A DNA stretch of 54,701 bases, from NCBI GenBank assembly GCA_042568575.1, contig JBHPIO010000010.1, forward strand, positions 1-54,701, read 5' to 3'. Positions 9,664 through 19,151 of this stretch are shown here, piece after piece. The position numbers and the translations under genes were made by a program. This DNA is from Patescibacteria group bacterium. Lineage in GTDB: Bacteria; Patescibacteriota; Gracilibacteria; UBA1369; PNNO01. Numbering within the stretch: the stretch's first letter is position 1; each line of letters begins with the position of its first letter. The notes below the pieces were generated by a model, which saw nothing but the letters and a program-made list of their open reading frames with translations, was not told the DNA's origin and made no database searches.

Positions 9664-10137
9664 ATGAGTATTAAGGATAAAACTAAACAATTTTTAGCCT
9701 ACTTAATACAAAAACATTCGCGCGCTTCTATCACCGTAATTATGAAACTCGCTTATTTAATAGATTTAATAAGCGTTCAAAAAACCAATAAAAAAATATC
9801 AAGTTTTCAATATGTTAGATTCTATTATGGACCATATGATAAAAGTATTAATGAATATCTTTCAGTGATGCTTGGAGAAGGTATTATTAAAAGCTTTCTT
9901 GAATATACGCCTACGGGTAACGAATATGTTGTATATTCTTTTAATGATGATAATTACAATTTTGACAAACTTTCATCTAAAGACATATCATTTATAGATG
10001 AAATCATGGAAAGTTTAAAAGGATATGGTGCAAAAACTCTTACAGAAATTACTTATAAAACAAAACCGCTGAAAAAAATGGGTGCTACTATTGGCGGGGA
10101 TGAAAAACTCAATGCCCGATTAGTTCTAAAAGCTTAA
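9664..10137 (+). CDS. Panacea (DUF4065/SocA) domain antitoxin-like protein
   Basis: IMKLAYLIDL...FQYVRFYYGPY pattern. Confidence 0.75.
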   Translation: MSIKDKTKQFLAYLIQKHSRASITVIMKLAYLIDLISVQKTNKKISSFQYVRFYYGPYDKSINEYLSVMLGEGIIKSFLEYTPTGNEYVVYSFNDDNYNFDKLSSKDISFIDEIMESLKGYGAKTLTEITYKTKPLKKMGATIGGDEKLNARLVLKA

Positions 10138-10146
10138 ATAGAAAGC

Positions 10147-10677
10147 ATGAATATTACATCTGATGATTTTCTGCTAGCTAAAATAAGAGAACAAAATCTA
10201 TATTGTGATGAAGCTTCTTTGGAAAAAGGAACAAAAAAAATAAAGAGAAAATTCAAATTAGCTGGAATACAAAACGATATAGTTACTGAATCTATAGCCA
10301 TTTATAGATTTTTTGTTACTACATCAAATAAAATAACTTGTAATAATTTTTTAACTTTAACAGTAAAATCGAAAGATTGGGAAGATGTACAAAAAAAATA
10401 TAAAAAACAGATAGAAGGCAATAATTCATACATTGATATACAACGAATAGAAGTCCTGACTCAAGATGAACTTCTAATGAAACTTAAAGACAAAAAGAAT
10501 CAATTTATTTACGTAGCAAAATTATCCGATAAAAAATTTTCAGACTTAAAGAAACTGCCCTTTAAAATAGAAAGATTACATAGACCATTATCAGAATCAA
10601 AAACAAGTGAGATTGTGAATAGTCTAATTAGTTCCACAAAAGAAGCTGATACTTTTTTAAAAAAACTAGGTTTATAA
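10147..10677 (+). CDS. Putative toxin partner, weakly PemK/MazF-like
   Basis: 9 nt after the Panacea gene; LTLTVK...SYIDIQRIEVL...VAKLSDKKF. Confidence 0.45.
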   Translation: MNITSDDFLLAKIREQNLYCDEASLEKGTKKIKRKFKLAGIQNDIVTESIAIYRFFVTTSNKITCNNFLTLTVKSKDWEDVQKKYKKQIEGNNSYIDIQRIEVLTQDELLMKLKDKKNQFIYVAKLSDKKFSDLKKLPFKIERLHRPLSESKTSEIVNSLISSTKEADTFLKKLGL

Positions 10678-10822
10678 TTTAAATCAATTAACATCTAAAT
10701 CTCTTCAATATTTGCTGATTCCAATAATCTTCACAGCTTTCATAACAAATTAATCTAATATATAATAACCATGCTTTTTTTGTTATTAAATAAACATTTC
10801 TTTCTGTCTAAACTGAAAAATC

Positions 10823-11143
10823 ATGGCAAATCATAAAGCGCGTGGAAAAATCGGGAATCGAGGCGGCGGACGCAAATCTGCTTATGAAGAACATCGATCT
10901 GCAAAGATCTTACATAAAGCGTTTTTTGATGGAGTTGATATAAAAGAACTTGAAACCGCTTGTAATAAAAAGAAGGTTAAATTTATCAATGTCCTACTAC
11001 ATAAAGCTCTTACCAACGATCGAATTCTTATGGATTTATTTAAACGAATTCATCCTGAACATATGATCATTGAAGATCAAATGATTGAACCTATTGATTT
11101 AAGTGAAGAATCTAAGAAAAGACTCGCTAAATATGAAGACTAG
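10823..11143 (+). CDS. Phage-type small protein, terminase small subunit-like N-terminus
   Basis: GKIGNRGGGRKS motif. Confidence 0.45.
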   Translation: MANHKARGKIGNRGGGRKSAYEEHRSAKILHKAFFDGVDIKELETACNKKKVKFINVLLHKALTNDRILMDLFKRIHPEHMIIEDQMIEPIDLSEESKKRLAKYED

Positions 11144-11170
11144 TTTTCCGTCACCTAAAAGCAAAAGATA

Positions 11171-11656
11171 CTATTTTTGAACAAATTCCATAGGTACCCA
11201 GCCAGATTCACCAACGTATGCACCTTCTAGAATTCGCACCTCTTTACTAAACCAATCCGTATCGATTACCTTCACTTTTATGCCTGTAGGAACAGAAAAT
11301 ACACGATCAGCTAACATAAGCTCTGCAAGACCCATCTCGTCATTTGCAACTGATATATCTAACAAATCATCAAATGCTTCTTGATCTATAGCGACAAGAA
11401 TTGCTCCTGATCCAGATGATACTAATTTTGCCTCATCACCGATACTTACTGTAGTTGAAGATTTGCTTGTATAACTATTAGAATTTGTACTTGTTTTATT
11501 TCCAGCCTGACCAACAAAATATCCAACAATAATAACTATTACAATTGCCGTTATTATCATTTGCTTTGTTGACGGCGGAATTTTTGAGCCACAATGTTTA
11601 CACTTTTTGGCTTTTTCTGGGATTTCACCATGACATTGTTTGCAGGTTTTTTTCAT
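11171..11656 (-). CDS. Zinc-ribbon, TM and SH3-like domain protein
   Basis: CKQC...CKHCG, hydrophobic helix, C-terminal EVRILEG...GWVP. Confidence 0.75.
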   Translation of the reverse strand: MKKTCKQCHGEIPEKAKKCKHCGSKIPPSTKQMIITAIVIVIIVGYFVGQAGNKTSTNSNSYTSKSSTTVSIGDEAKLVSSGSGAILVAIDQEAFDDLLDISVANDEMGLAELMLADRVFSVPTGIKVKVIDTDWFSKEVRILEGAYVGESGWVPMEFVQK

Positions 11657-11695
11657 TATTTTTTTGGTTAAAAAAATGGGACAACCTAGATCTTG

Positions 11696-11807
11696 GTCGC
11701 CCTACATCGGCAGCTCACAAGGAGTTGATTCAGCAGGCAAGAAATAAGTTGCCCCATCTTGCACTGAATCAAGCCAAAAAAATGTGAACCGATAAATGTA
11801 GGGCGAC
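11696..11807 (-). promoter_or_regulatory. Long structured 5' leader hairpin
   Basis: Nested inverted repeats GTCGCCCTACAT/ATGTAGGGCGAC, TCACA/TGTGA, TTGATTCAG/CTGAATCAA, GCAAGA/TCTTGC. Confidence 0.65.
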
Positions 11808-11890
11808 ACTTGAATTTTAAGCATAATTACCTTCAAAAGCAACCATAACTAAGCTAAAATGCCGGCATATAAGTATTAATAGAAATATCC

Positions 11891-12484
11891 TTGTTTGATG
11901 CAGCAAAACAACATTTAGAACTGATACTACTTAAAAATGGCGTGCATGATGCAATTGCTGAATTAAGAAAAAAATGGACAATTCCCAACAAAGGCTTTAA
12001 GAAGCTTAGAGAATCCGAGAAATGGCATATTGACTTATACAAAAAAGAAAAACATCGAGAGTTTAACGATGATATTTCCATCCTAATCTCAAAATTTCGA
12101 ATAATATCCAGTTTTCGCGAAGGATTAACAAATTACATTTTATTTAACAAAATATCCTCAACAAAAATAAAAATACTACACCGAGTTAATGGAAAGAATG
12201 AAGAGCTATACTTAAAAATATATCCTGATACTGAAATCAAAGATATTGAAGGAATATGGAATTTGATTAAATTCCATAAGCAACAAATGTGGGGCATTGA
12301 TCCCAACAAAAGAAACAGGAACATCAAAAAATTTGAAAGAAATAAGCGTATTCTTGAATTATCAAAAAACAAATCTGACAGAGAAATTGCAACTATCATT
12401 AACGAAGAGTATAAAGAGTCATTTATTTACAGTGATATTGCCAAAATTAGGTATAAATTAAAAAAACAAACAGATCGCTCATAA
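11891..12484 (+). CDS. Hypothetical protein, possible C-terminal HTH
   Basis: RNKRILELSKNKSDREIATII; start uncertain. Confidence 0.55.
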   Translation: MFDAAKQHLELILLKNGVHDAIAELRKKWTIPNKGFKKLRESEKWHIDLYKKEKHREFNDDISILISKFRIISSFREGLTNYILFNKISSTKIKILHRVNGKNEELYLKIYPDTEIKDIEGIWNLIKFHKQQMWGIDPNKRNRNIKKFERNKRILELSKNKSDREIATIINEEYKESFIYSDIAKIRYKLKKQTDRS

Positions 12485-12579
12485 GAGAATTATATAGGCG
12501 ATATCTAATTTCATTGATCATAATAAAATACCAACGGAACAATCCAAGGTTTTATTTTTTATTATGTAACTCAAAAACC

Positions 12580-12849
12580 ATGCATCACATCATCATTCAG
12601 TACAACTGCGTACATTGCAAAGACATATGTTGCATCTGCAATAAACGTTTCGATTCCGATCATAGATATATTTATAGGTTCGAAAAGCCACACGGCGGTT
12701 TAATTTGCTATGACTGCGGAGACGAAAGGACAGGCATAGTAGATACTATTCTTTTTGACATGAGTCTGGAAGAAAAATATCAAAGAGCAATAAATCATAG
12801 AGACCGTATGAGAAGAATAAATAAATCCGAAGATGACTTACCGTTCTAA
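12580..12849 (+). CDS. Small Cys-rich putative zinc-finger protein
   Basis: CVHC, CCIC, CYDC; overlaps the recombinase start. Confidence 0.55.
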   Translation: MHHIIIQYNCVHCKDICCICNKRFDSDHRYIYRFEKPHGGLICYDCGDERTGIVDTILFDMSLEEKYQRAINHRDRMRRINKSEDDLPF

Positions 12850-13765
12850 ACAACAATCAGGCACTTCCCTTTGGACTCACTGGGATGAATTTGTAATGAA
12901 ATATCTTCGAACTGGACGAAGCAATGTAACAGTGAAGAACGTTCGAGATGCACTAAAGTTCATTACCAGTAACTGTGGAATAACAACAATCGAGCATTGC
13001 AATAATCAACGACTGCTTGAAGATGCATTATTCGAGATGAAAAAAGAACGCCATTGGAGCAATGTTACTTATAATGCATATTTAAAAAACCTTAACACCT
13101 ATTTTATGTGGTTAGAAAAACAAGGTTATATTACTGAAAATAATCTAAAAAAAGTTTCTAGATGCAAAGAAGAACTAAACGAACAATACACATTATCTGA
13201 GGATCAAGTAAAACTAGTTGTCGCTCAAATTCACGATAGAAGACAAACAAGGCTACAAAGATATAGAAATGTTTTCTTCATCGATCTCTTACGATTTACT
13301 GGAGCAAGACCATGCGAATTACTGAATATTCAATGCAAACACATAAGAGAAGAAAAAGACACTTATGTACTTGCTATCCAAGGTCGTAAGCAGAAAGGGC
13401 GAATAAGATATTACCGATTCCCTTCTTGGTTAAGAGATTCGTATGAGACATATATGGACTATAGAGCACGACTTAGAGAAAACGAGCCTTATGTGTTCAT
13501 TTCATCATCAAAGCAAGGCAAATGGACTGAAAAAGGTATGAGAGGGTTGTTTAGAAAGCTGAGTAACGAACTTGAATTTAGAATTACTGCTTATTCGTTT
13601 AGAAGGTTTGTTGCAACACATTTAAATAAAGAAGGGGTGGATCTTAAAGACATTCAGCAATATTTGGGACATACGCGCCCTTCTACTACGTTGAGGTATA
13701 TCGAAAGATCATGTGTATTAACTGATAAATGTGGCTTAACAATGAGTAAAATTATTGAATCTTAA
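12833..13765 (+). CDS. Tyrosine recombinase/integrase
   Basis: TGARPCE, YSFRR (Tyr in place of His of HxxR), LGH, TTLRY. Confidence 0.9.
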   Translation: MTYRSKQQSGTSLWTHWDEFVMKYLRTGRSNVTVKNVRDALKFITSNCGITTIEHCNNQRLLEDALFEMKKERHWSNVTYNAYLKNLNTYFMWLEKQGYITENNLKKVSRCKEELNEQYTLSEDQVKLVVAQIHDRRQTRLQRYRNVFFIDLLRFTGARPCELLNIQCKHIREEKDTYVLAIQGRKQKGRIRYYRFPSWLRDSYETYMDYRARLRENEPYVFISSSKQGKWTEKGMRGLFRKLSNELEFRITAYSFRRFVATHLNKEGVDLKDIQQYLGHTRPSTTLRYIERSCVLTDKCGLTMSKIIES

Positions 13766-14393
13766 TTACTCTTTCGTTGATTTGTTTTGTCCCTTTTCCA
13801 TCAATTATCTTTTGAGGCAATAAAAGTAAATATACCCCTTTAGCTTTAAAATTGATGTTTTTTGCTTCAACTACTAAGTCCGTTATTAGCTTTGCAGATT
13901 CACGATTTTCAATACTAAAACCAGGATACTCATCATAAACCAACAACAAAGTGCAATCGCTATAATCTTTTAAGGCTTTTTTCTTCATATTTTCCAAACA
14001 TAATCGTGATGCTTTTTGTTTTGTAAAATCATCAACCACTTCCATTTCGCTATATCCTTGCTTATTTAAAGCCTTTGCAATTTTATAATCTTCAAGACCT
14101 TCAATAGCCCAACTAATCTCAACTTTATCGACTACTTTATCTGACAAATATATCTCAGCATCATATCCCTGATTGCCAATTATAGGCTTACACAAACATT
14201 TTTCGTCGTAATGAACCGAAGCAAAAATACTAAACGGATAAAGTTCTTCAACAAAGTATTTATATAGCTCTTTCTTCAAACGAGCTTCTTTGCGTAATTT
14301 TAAATCAGACTTAATTAAGTCGTAAGTATCAAACACAAATTGTTTTAACTGCTTAGGAGATCTTAATTTCTCTAAATCTTTCTTACTTAGCAT
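13752..14393 (-). CDS. Hypothetical protein
   Basis: ORF from MLSKK (14393); YDAEI...VEIS may be a PD-(D/E)XK-like pattern (weak). Confidence 0.6.
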   Translation of the reverse strand: MLSKKDLEKLRSPKQLKQFVFDTYDLIKSDLKLRKEARLKKELYKYFVEELYPFSIFASVHYDEKCLCKPIIGNQGYDAEIYLSDKVVDKVEISWAIEGLEDYKIAKALNKQGYSEMEVVDDFTKQKASRLCLENMKKKALKDYSDCTLLLVYDEYPGFSIENRESAKLITDLVVEAKNINFKAKGVYLLLLPQKIIDGKGTKQINERVIKIQ

Positions 14394-14859
14394 ACTTTTT
14401 TTTGTTTTTATAATATGATTTATTATCACCAATAAATAAAATCAGATAAAGCTTCGTTAATTGAGCAATGATTCGGTTTCTAATGCTCTTTATACTTTTA
14501 ACTCTCTTAATATTATGTTTATTGTCTTCATAAATTTCTGCTAATTTATATTTCGTTAAACCGCTTTCTACAATATTCCCAAAAGTTAAAGTTCTTGTCG
14601 ATTGCTGGTTTGCATTACAGAAACATTCGCTAATTTTAGTTTCATATTTTTCACTCTTATACCAAAGACTTAAAAACACATCAGCACGTCTCCAACCAAA
14701 ACCATTACCCATTGTTTTTCGGTTATCCTTCAATAACCAGCGAGTTAAAAAAAGTGCAGGGATAACTTTTATAAATATGAGAATTAGTAATACAATAAGC
14801 AATTCCCATAATGCATTGCTAATTATCCAATTGATGACATCACTCCATTTGATTTCCAT
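14383..14859 (-). CDS. Hypothetical membrane protein
   Basis: N-terminal TM helix. Confidence 0.6.
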   Translation of the reverse strand: MEIKWSDVINWIISNALWELLIVLLILIFIKVIPALFLTRWLLKDNRKTMGNGFGWRRADVFLSLWYKSEKYETKISECFCNANQQSTRTLTFGNIVESGLTKYKLAEIYEDNKHNIKRVKSIKSIRNRIIAQLTKLYLILFIGDNKSYYKNKKKYAK

Positions 14860-14875
14860 AATTTATGATTAACTA

Positions 14876-15772
14876 TTAGTTCAACGCATGCATCTCAACG
14901 CTCTTACCCATCTGCTGAGCAGAGCATGAAAGATATATTGTTGTAGTTGTTATTTTAGAATGCCCCATAATCTTAGACAAGGTATAAATATCACAACCAC
15001 CTTCCAGCATTAATCGAGCAAACGCGTGTCTCAATGTATGTGCAGAAAACTGTAATCCTGTGGCTTTTCGCAACCTAACCATCAATCGTTGAATCATTTT
15101 ATCACCTATAGGATTATCTTTTTGCACTGCTGTAAAGAAATAAACCGACTTTTTATCTAATCTTTTTCGGTGTTGTATAAATTCAAACAACAGTGATTGA
15201 AGCCTATTATTCATTGGTATTATGCGATCTTTTCCCCATTTACCATCACGAACAAAAACACTCTTATCTTCAATTGAAACTTCTCCATATTTAAGCTGCA
15301 TGACTTCTTTTCTTCTTAATCCTGCCAATAACATAATCCCAACCATCGCTCTATTTCTAAACTTCTCATATCTATAATGATATGGGAGATTAAAGGCAGC
15401 CTCTAGAACTATCTGTGCTTCTACCTTCGATAACGTTCGAGGTATTTTCTGTTCCAAACGTGGTTTCTCAATTTCAGACAAATACGTTTCTGGCACAAAT
15501 CCCTCTTTAACAAGCCATTTCATAAATGGATTAAGATGTTTTAAGTGATCTCGAAAAGTACATGCAGACCATTCACGTTTTAATCTTCCGTTATAAAACC
15601 ATTCTTCAAATACCTTTCGTTCTAATTGTTGTGGATTTTCAACAACAATTTCTTTCAAAAAAAGACTAAACGTCGCTTCGTACGATTTTAGCGTTGCAGG
15701 GGCATACCCCCGGATTAATTTGCCATGCTGTAGATAGCGATTCATAAGGTCGCGAAGTGATACATTTTCCAT
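14876..15772 (-). CDS. Tyrosine recombinase/integrase (XerC/D-like)
   Basis: AGLRRKE, GKWGKDR, HTLRH, MGH, TTTIY; directly downstream of tRNA-Thr. Confidence 0.93.
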   Translation of the reverse strand: MENVSLRDLMNRYLQHGKLIRGYAPATLKSYEATFSLFLKEIVVENPQQLERKVFEEWFYNGRLKREWSACTFRDHLKHLNPFMKWLVKEGFVPETYLSEIEKPRLEQKIPRTLSKVEAQIVLEAAFNLPYHYRYEKFRNRAMVGIMLLAGLRRKEVMQLKYGEVSIEDKSVFVRDGKWGKDRIIPMNNRLQSLLFEFIQHRKRLDKKSVYFFTAVQKDNPIGDKMIQRLMVRLRKATGLQFSAHTLRHAFARLMLEGGCDIYTLSKIMGHSKITTTTIYLSCSAQQMGKSVEMHALN

Positions 15773-15835
15773 CGTAGATTGGTTAAAAATAGAGTTTGGG
15801 GAACCCTCTGCTCTCCTCTACACATAGCCAAAAAA

Positions 15836-15910
15836 TGGAGCCGTCGTCGGGATTTGAACCCGAGACTTCCACCTTACCATGGTGGCACTCTACCACTGAG
15901 TTACGACGGC
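15836..15910 (-). tRNA. tRNA-Thr(GGT), complete, element-borne
   Basis: GCCGTCG TA ACTC AGTGGTA GAGT G CCACC ATGGTAA GGTGG AAGTC TCGGG TTCAAAT CCCGA CGACGGC TCCA. Confidence 0.95.
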
Positions 15911-16022
15911 ATACTGTAACGAGCCGAGAGGTACTTCCCTGAGGCATGTACCCATGGGCTATCCTAATTGTTTGTGTTTTTGTGTTGGGTTAGTGGTAGA
16001 TCGAGTTTTCTCTCGAGGGGCA

Positions 16023-16064
16023 CACCCTTACCATGGGTGTGCTCTACCACTGAGCTACGATGGC
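16023..16064 (-). pseudogene. 5' half of a split tRNA-Thr(GGT)
   Basis: GCCATCG TA GCTC AGTGGTA GAGC A CACCC ATGGTAA GGGTG, then no T arm; acceptor strand pairs with the halves at 6496 and 7060. Confidence 0.9.
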
Positions 16065-16181
16065 ACGTTTGTTATAGCCGAATTAGAGGGTTGTGTCGCA
16101 TAATAACTGAGTGGATTCGAGGGGCACTCCCACGATGCAAAACTTATTCTATCAGAACAAAGCTTCACAGCAAATTCAATT

Positions 16182-17453
16182 CTAATCCTCTTCTAAAATT
16201 TTATTTATCCTGCCCAACTTTTGCATTAAATCGTTATATTGTTCCTGCAGTCTTCTGAATAGCCTCAATCTTGCATTATATTCACTTGGGATTAAAGTCC
16301 TATCGCTATTAGGATTATTTTCTTTTTGATATCTTTTCCACGCTCTTTGTAAAGCCTCTGCCGTTAAATCGTTTGGCTCTAAATCAAGTTCCCCAAAAAT
16401 TTCTAACTTATGTATCCCGCTTGGCACGCCAAGCCATACAACTGGCTGGCTCATTAAAGAAGGATGGCTCATCACAGCAACCTGCTGAGCATCCAGGTCG
16501 TCACGCAAAGCAGCAACTGCATCCTCTTCCGAAGGAACATATGTTTTAGACACTCTAATACTTTTAACCAGCGTAGTTTTTGCAATTGAGGTTTTAAGCT
16601 TTTGCCCTTTACTAATCTTGCCACTCACAAACAAACCTCTTGATCCAACAAAATTATTTTTACCTCCAATAATTTCTATAACACCGTGATTAAAGGCAAT
16701 AATATAAGTTGATTGATTTCTACCGGCTGTTTCTAAATATACAAAATCTCCATCTTCTAATTGTGATATATAAAAAAAATCAAGCTCTGTATCGTAATCC
16801 AGCTCCTTGATTTCGCATGCCTCATCAAGAGAACCCAGCATATTTTCATCCATATAAGGAAGAACCACCATATTCTGAACCGGCATTGCGCTTTTAAATG
16901 TATTTCGAAAATACATACCAACTCGCATATTTTTTATTTTCAAATTACCTTCACCTCCAACAAGAGAATTTCTCCCGGCAATAAATCGGATTGTAGGCAT
17001 TTTTTCATCTACATTCATTACTTCTGCAACGTAAGTCTGTCCATCTTCTGTCCCAATATAAATATGATCTCCGACTTTTAATTGCTCAGAGTCGAGTTCT
17101 TCTAAAAATTCATTATATTTTAACTCCATAAATGGGTAATCAAAAGGTTGTGCGTGAGTTACGACAATCCCTATAAGTACACTTGTCGTTCCGCCTTCAA
17201 AATCCAAAGCTTCGTCTACTCTTATTTCCCTGTCAGGCAGCTTTCCCCATGACCCCTCGAGCGCGTTTGGCCCAGAATAAAATTTAATAAAAATACCATC
17301 TTCGTCTTTGCTTTCAATCCAAAACACATATCTTGAACCTCCCTGTGTTTCAAGATTTAAATAGTCGTTAACCTGTAAGTCATTTGGGTTAAGCCTTAAG
17401 ATGCGTGTGTCATATTCTAAACAAGAAGCTTCCAGGCTATCAATATCCGACAT
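16182..17453 (-). CDS. Repeat-domain protein with a C-terminal J-domain-like segment
   Basis: Three copies of L..GD..YL.T..G..Y; C-terminus AEALQRAWKRYQKENNPN...FRRLQEQYNDL. Confidence 0.7.
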   Translation of the reverse strand: MSDIDSLEASCLEYDTRILRLNPNDLQVNDYLNLETQGGSRYVFWIESKDEDGIFIKFYSGPNALEGSWGKLPDREIRVDEALDFEGGTTSVLIGIVVTHAQPFDYPFMELKYNEFLEELDSEQLKVGDHIYIGTEDGQTYVAEVMNVDEKMPTIRFIAGRNSLVGGEGNLKIKNMRVGMYFRNTFKSAMPVQNMVVLPYMDENMLGSLDEACEIKELDYDTELDFFYISQLEDGDFVYLETAGRNQSTYIIAFNHGVIEIIGGKNNFVGSRGLFVSGKISKGQKLKTSIAKTTLVKSIRVSKTYVPSEEDAVAALRDDLDAQQVAVMSHPSLMSQPVVWLGVPSGIHKLEIFGELDLEPNDLTAEALQRAWKRYQKENNPNSDRTLIPSEYNARLRLFRRLQEQYNDLMQKLGRINKILEED

Positions 17454-17614
17454 AATTTACGCTTAAATGGAGAATAAATTAATACAATTTTGCATTTTTG
17501 TCAATATCCAGGGGAGAGGATTTTAATTTTTTTTTAGATCCTTTTTACAACACTTCCGTATTCTGGAGGGTGCTTTTGCGCAGAAGCGTTATTCTTAACC
17601 CTCTCATTTTGATA

Positions 17615-19096
17615 ATGAAACGACTTTTTGTGACTTTATCGCTTTTGTCTCTTGTTTTTTATCCGACAGCGACATTTAATATTCCGCTTGCGCATGCTGC
17701 TTCTCCAGGTTCAGTTGTTATTAACGAAATTACGTGGATGGGATCTGCGGACTCTACAACAGACGAGTGGATTGAACTTTACAACACGACTGATGGCGAT
17801 ATCGATCTCACCAATTGGACAATTGATGATGACAATGGAGACGCGATTTATACAATTGCCAGCGGAACAATTCCGGGAAATGGATATTTTTTGATCGAAG
17901 ATGTACAGGAAGCAACATCAGTTAACGCGGATGCGATCATTAATATTTCTTTAGGCAACACAGGCGATTCTCTTGTATTAAAAGACGAAACCGCCCAGAC
18001 AATAGACACTGTTAATAGCACCGGTGGCGCATGGTTTGCAGGAGACAACGCAAGCAAACTCACAATGGAGCGTCTTGACCCTTCAGCAAATGGCGACGAC
18101 TCAGCAAACTGGAGCAACAACATTTCGGGAAATGGTTCAACTGGCCGAAGTGGAAGCGCAATCAACGGGACTCCGGGTAGTCAAAACTCTGTCTACTCGG
18201 GCGGACCGGTTGGGACAGTCACAAGCTTTGAAACTCTTACAGTAAACCCTGTTGAAGGCGACACGTTTACTATCAATGTTCAAGTGGACAATGTAACTGA
18301 CATCTTAAGCTGCGGTTTTGATGTACTTTATGACGACACCGTTTTGCAATATGTTTCAGCGCAGGAAGGGATATTCTTAAATGAAAATGGGACAATATCG
18401 ACATCTTTTCAGGAAGGACTTGAAAATGGAACTCCGGGAAAAATCGTTGTAGGATCATCTCGATTAACAAATCCTCCATCGGGCACTTCCGGTTCCGGAA
18501 CACTTTTTGAACTTACTTTTCAGGCACTTGCAGCTACAACAACTCAGCTCACTTTCGATTCAACAAGTTTTCTTTCAGACACATCAGGCGACATCACAGC
18601 AACCTTCGATCCGGAAACAATCATAATCGATGCTGCATCTGTAGACCCGGGAACTAATCTAAACATAGTCGAAGGAACAAGCAGATATGGGCTCGATCTA
18701 ACATGGGACGCACCTGTATCCGGCGCAGATTCATACAGAATTATGCGAAGAGACCAATCAGGTTCGTTCGTGGAAATCGCAAACATCGCAAACACAAACT
18801 TCACAGATTCAAACAATCTCATCCCAAATCACACATACGAATACCAAGTTATAACAGTTAAAGGAACACTGGAATCAACATCTATAAACGGGCAAGGAAT
18901 CGACACACGCGGGGTAAAAGGTGACAACACAAGGTCAGACAGAGTAGACGGACGTGATCTCGATAACCTCGCGCGTCACTACACGCTCGCACTCGCAGAC
19001 CCAAATTTCGATGCACTCATAGACACAACATACGACGGAATAATAGACGGAAGCGACCTAATAGATATTGGAGCAAACTGGGCAATCACATACTAA
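17615..19096 (+). CDS. Secreted protein: lamin-tail domain, cohesin, FN3 and dockerin-like domains
   Basis: VVINEITWMG...DEWIELYN (LTD); FDVLYDDTVLQY...GSGTLFELTF (cohesin); LTWDAP...YEYQV (FN3); GDNTRSDRVDGRDL / DTTYDGIIDGSDL. Confidence 0.85.
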   Translation: MKRLFVTLSLLSLVFYPTATFNIPLAHAASPGSVVINEITWMGSADSTTDEWIELYNTTDGDIDLTNWTIDDDNGDAIYTIASGTIPGNGYFLIEDVQEATSVNADAIINISLGNTGDSLVLKDETAQTIDTVNSTGGAWFAGDNASKLTMERLDPSANGDDSANWSNNISGNGSTGRSGSAINGTPGSQNSVYSGGPVGTVTSFETLTVNPVEGDTFTINVQVDNVTDILSCGFDVLYDDTVLQYVSAQEGIFLNENGTISTSFQEGLENGTPGKIVVGSSRLTNPPSGTSGSGTLFELTFQALAATTTQLTFDSTSFLSDTSGDITATFDPETIIIDAASVDPGTNLNIVEGTSRYGLDLTWDAPVSGADSYRIMRRDQSGSFVEIANIANTNFTDSNNLIPNHTYEYQVITVKGTLESTSINGQGIDTRGVKGDNTRSDRVDGRDLDNLARHYTLALADPNFDALIDTTYDGIIDGSDLIDIGANWAITY

Positions 19097-19151
19097 CTTT
19101 AGGGAGGGGGCTGAAAATTGTCTCCTCCTTTTCCAAATAACCAAAACCATC

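Larger units (their letters stand above)
7093..16035. mobile_element. Integrative element inserted in the tRNA-Thr(GGT) anticodon arm
   Basis: 13-bp direct repeat CACCCTTACCATG at 7093-7105 and 16023-16035 joins complementary tRNA halves; two tyrosine recombinases; very AT-rich cargo. Confidence 0.8.

Noticed and set aside
7093-16035. Prophage
   Set aside because: No capsid, portal, large terminase or tail genes.
15968-16258. 96 aa ORF
   Set aside because: Spans the tRNA 5' half and repeat sequence and has no coding features.
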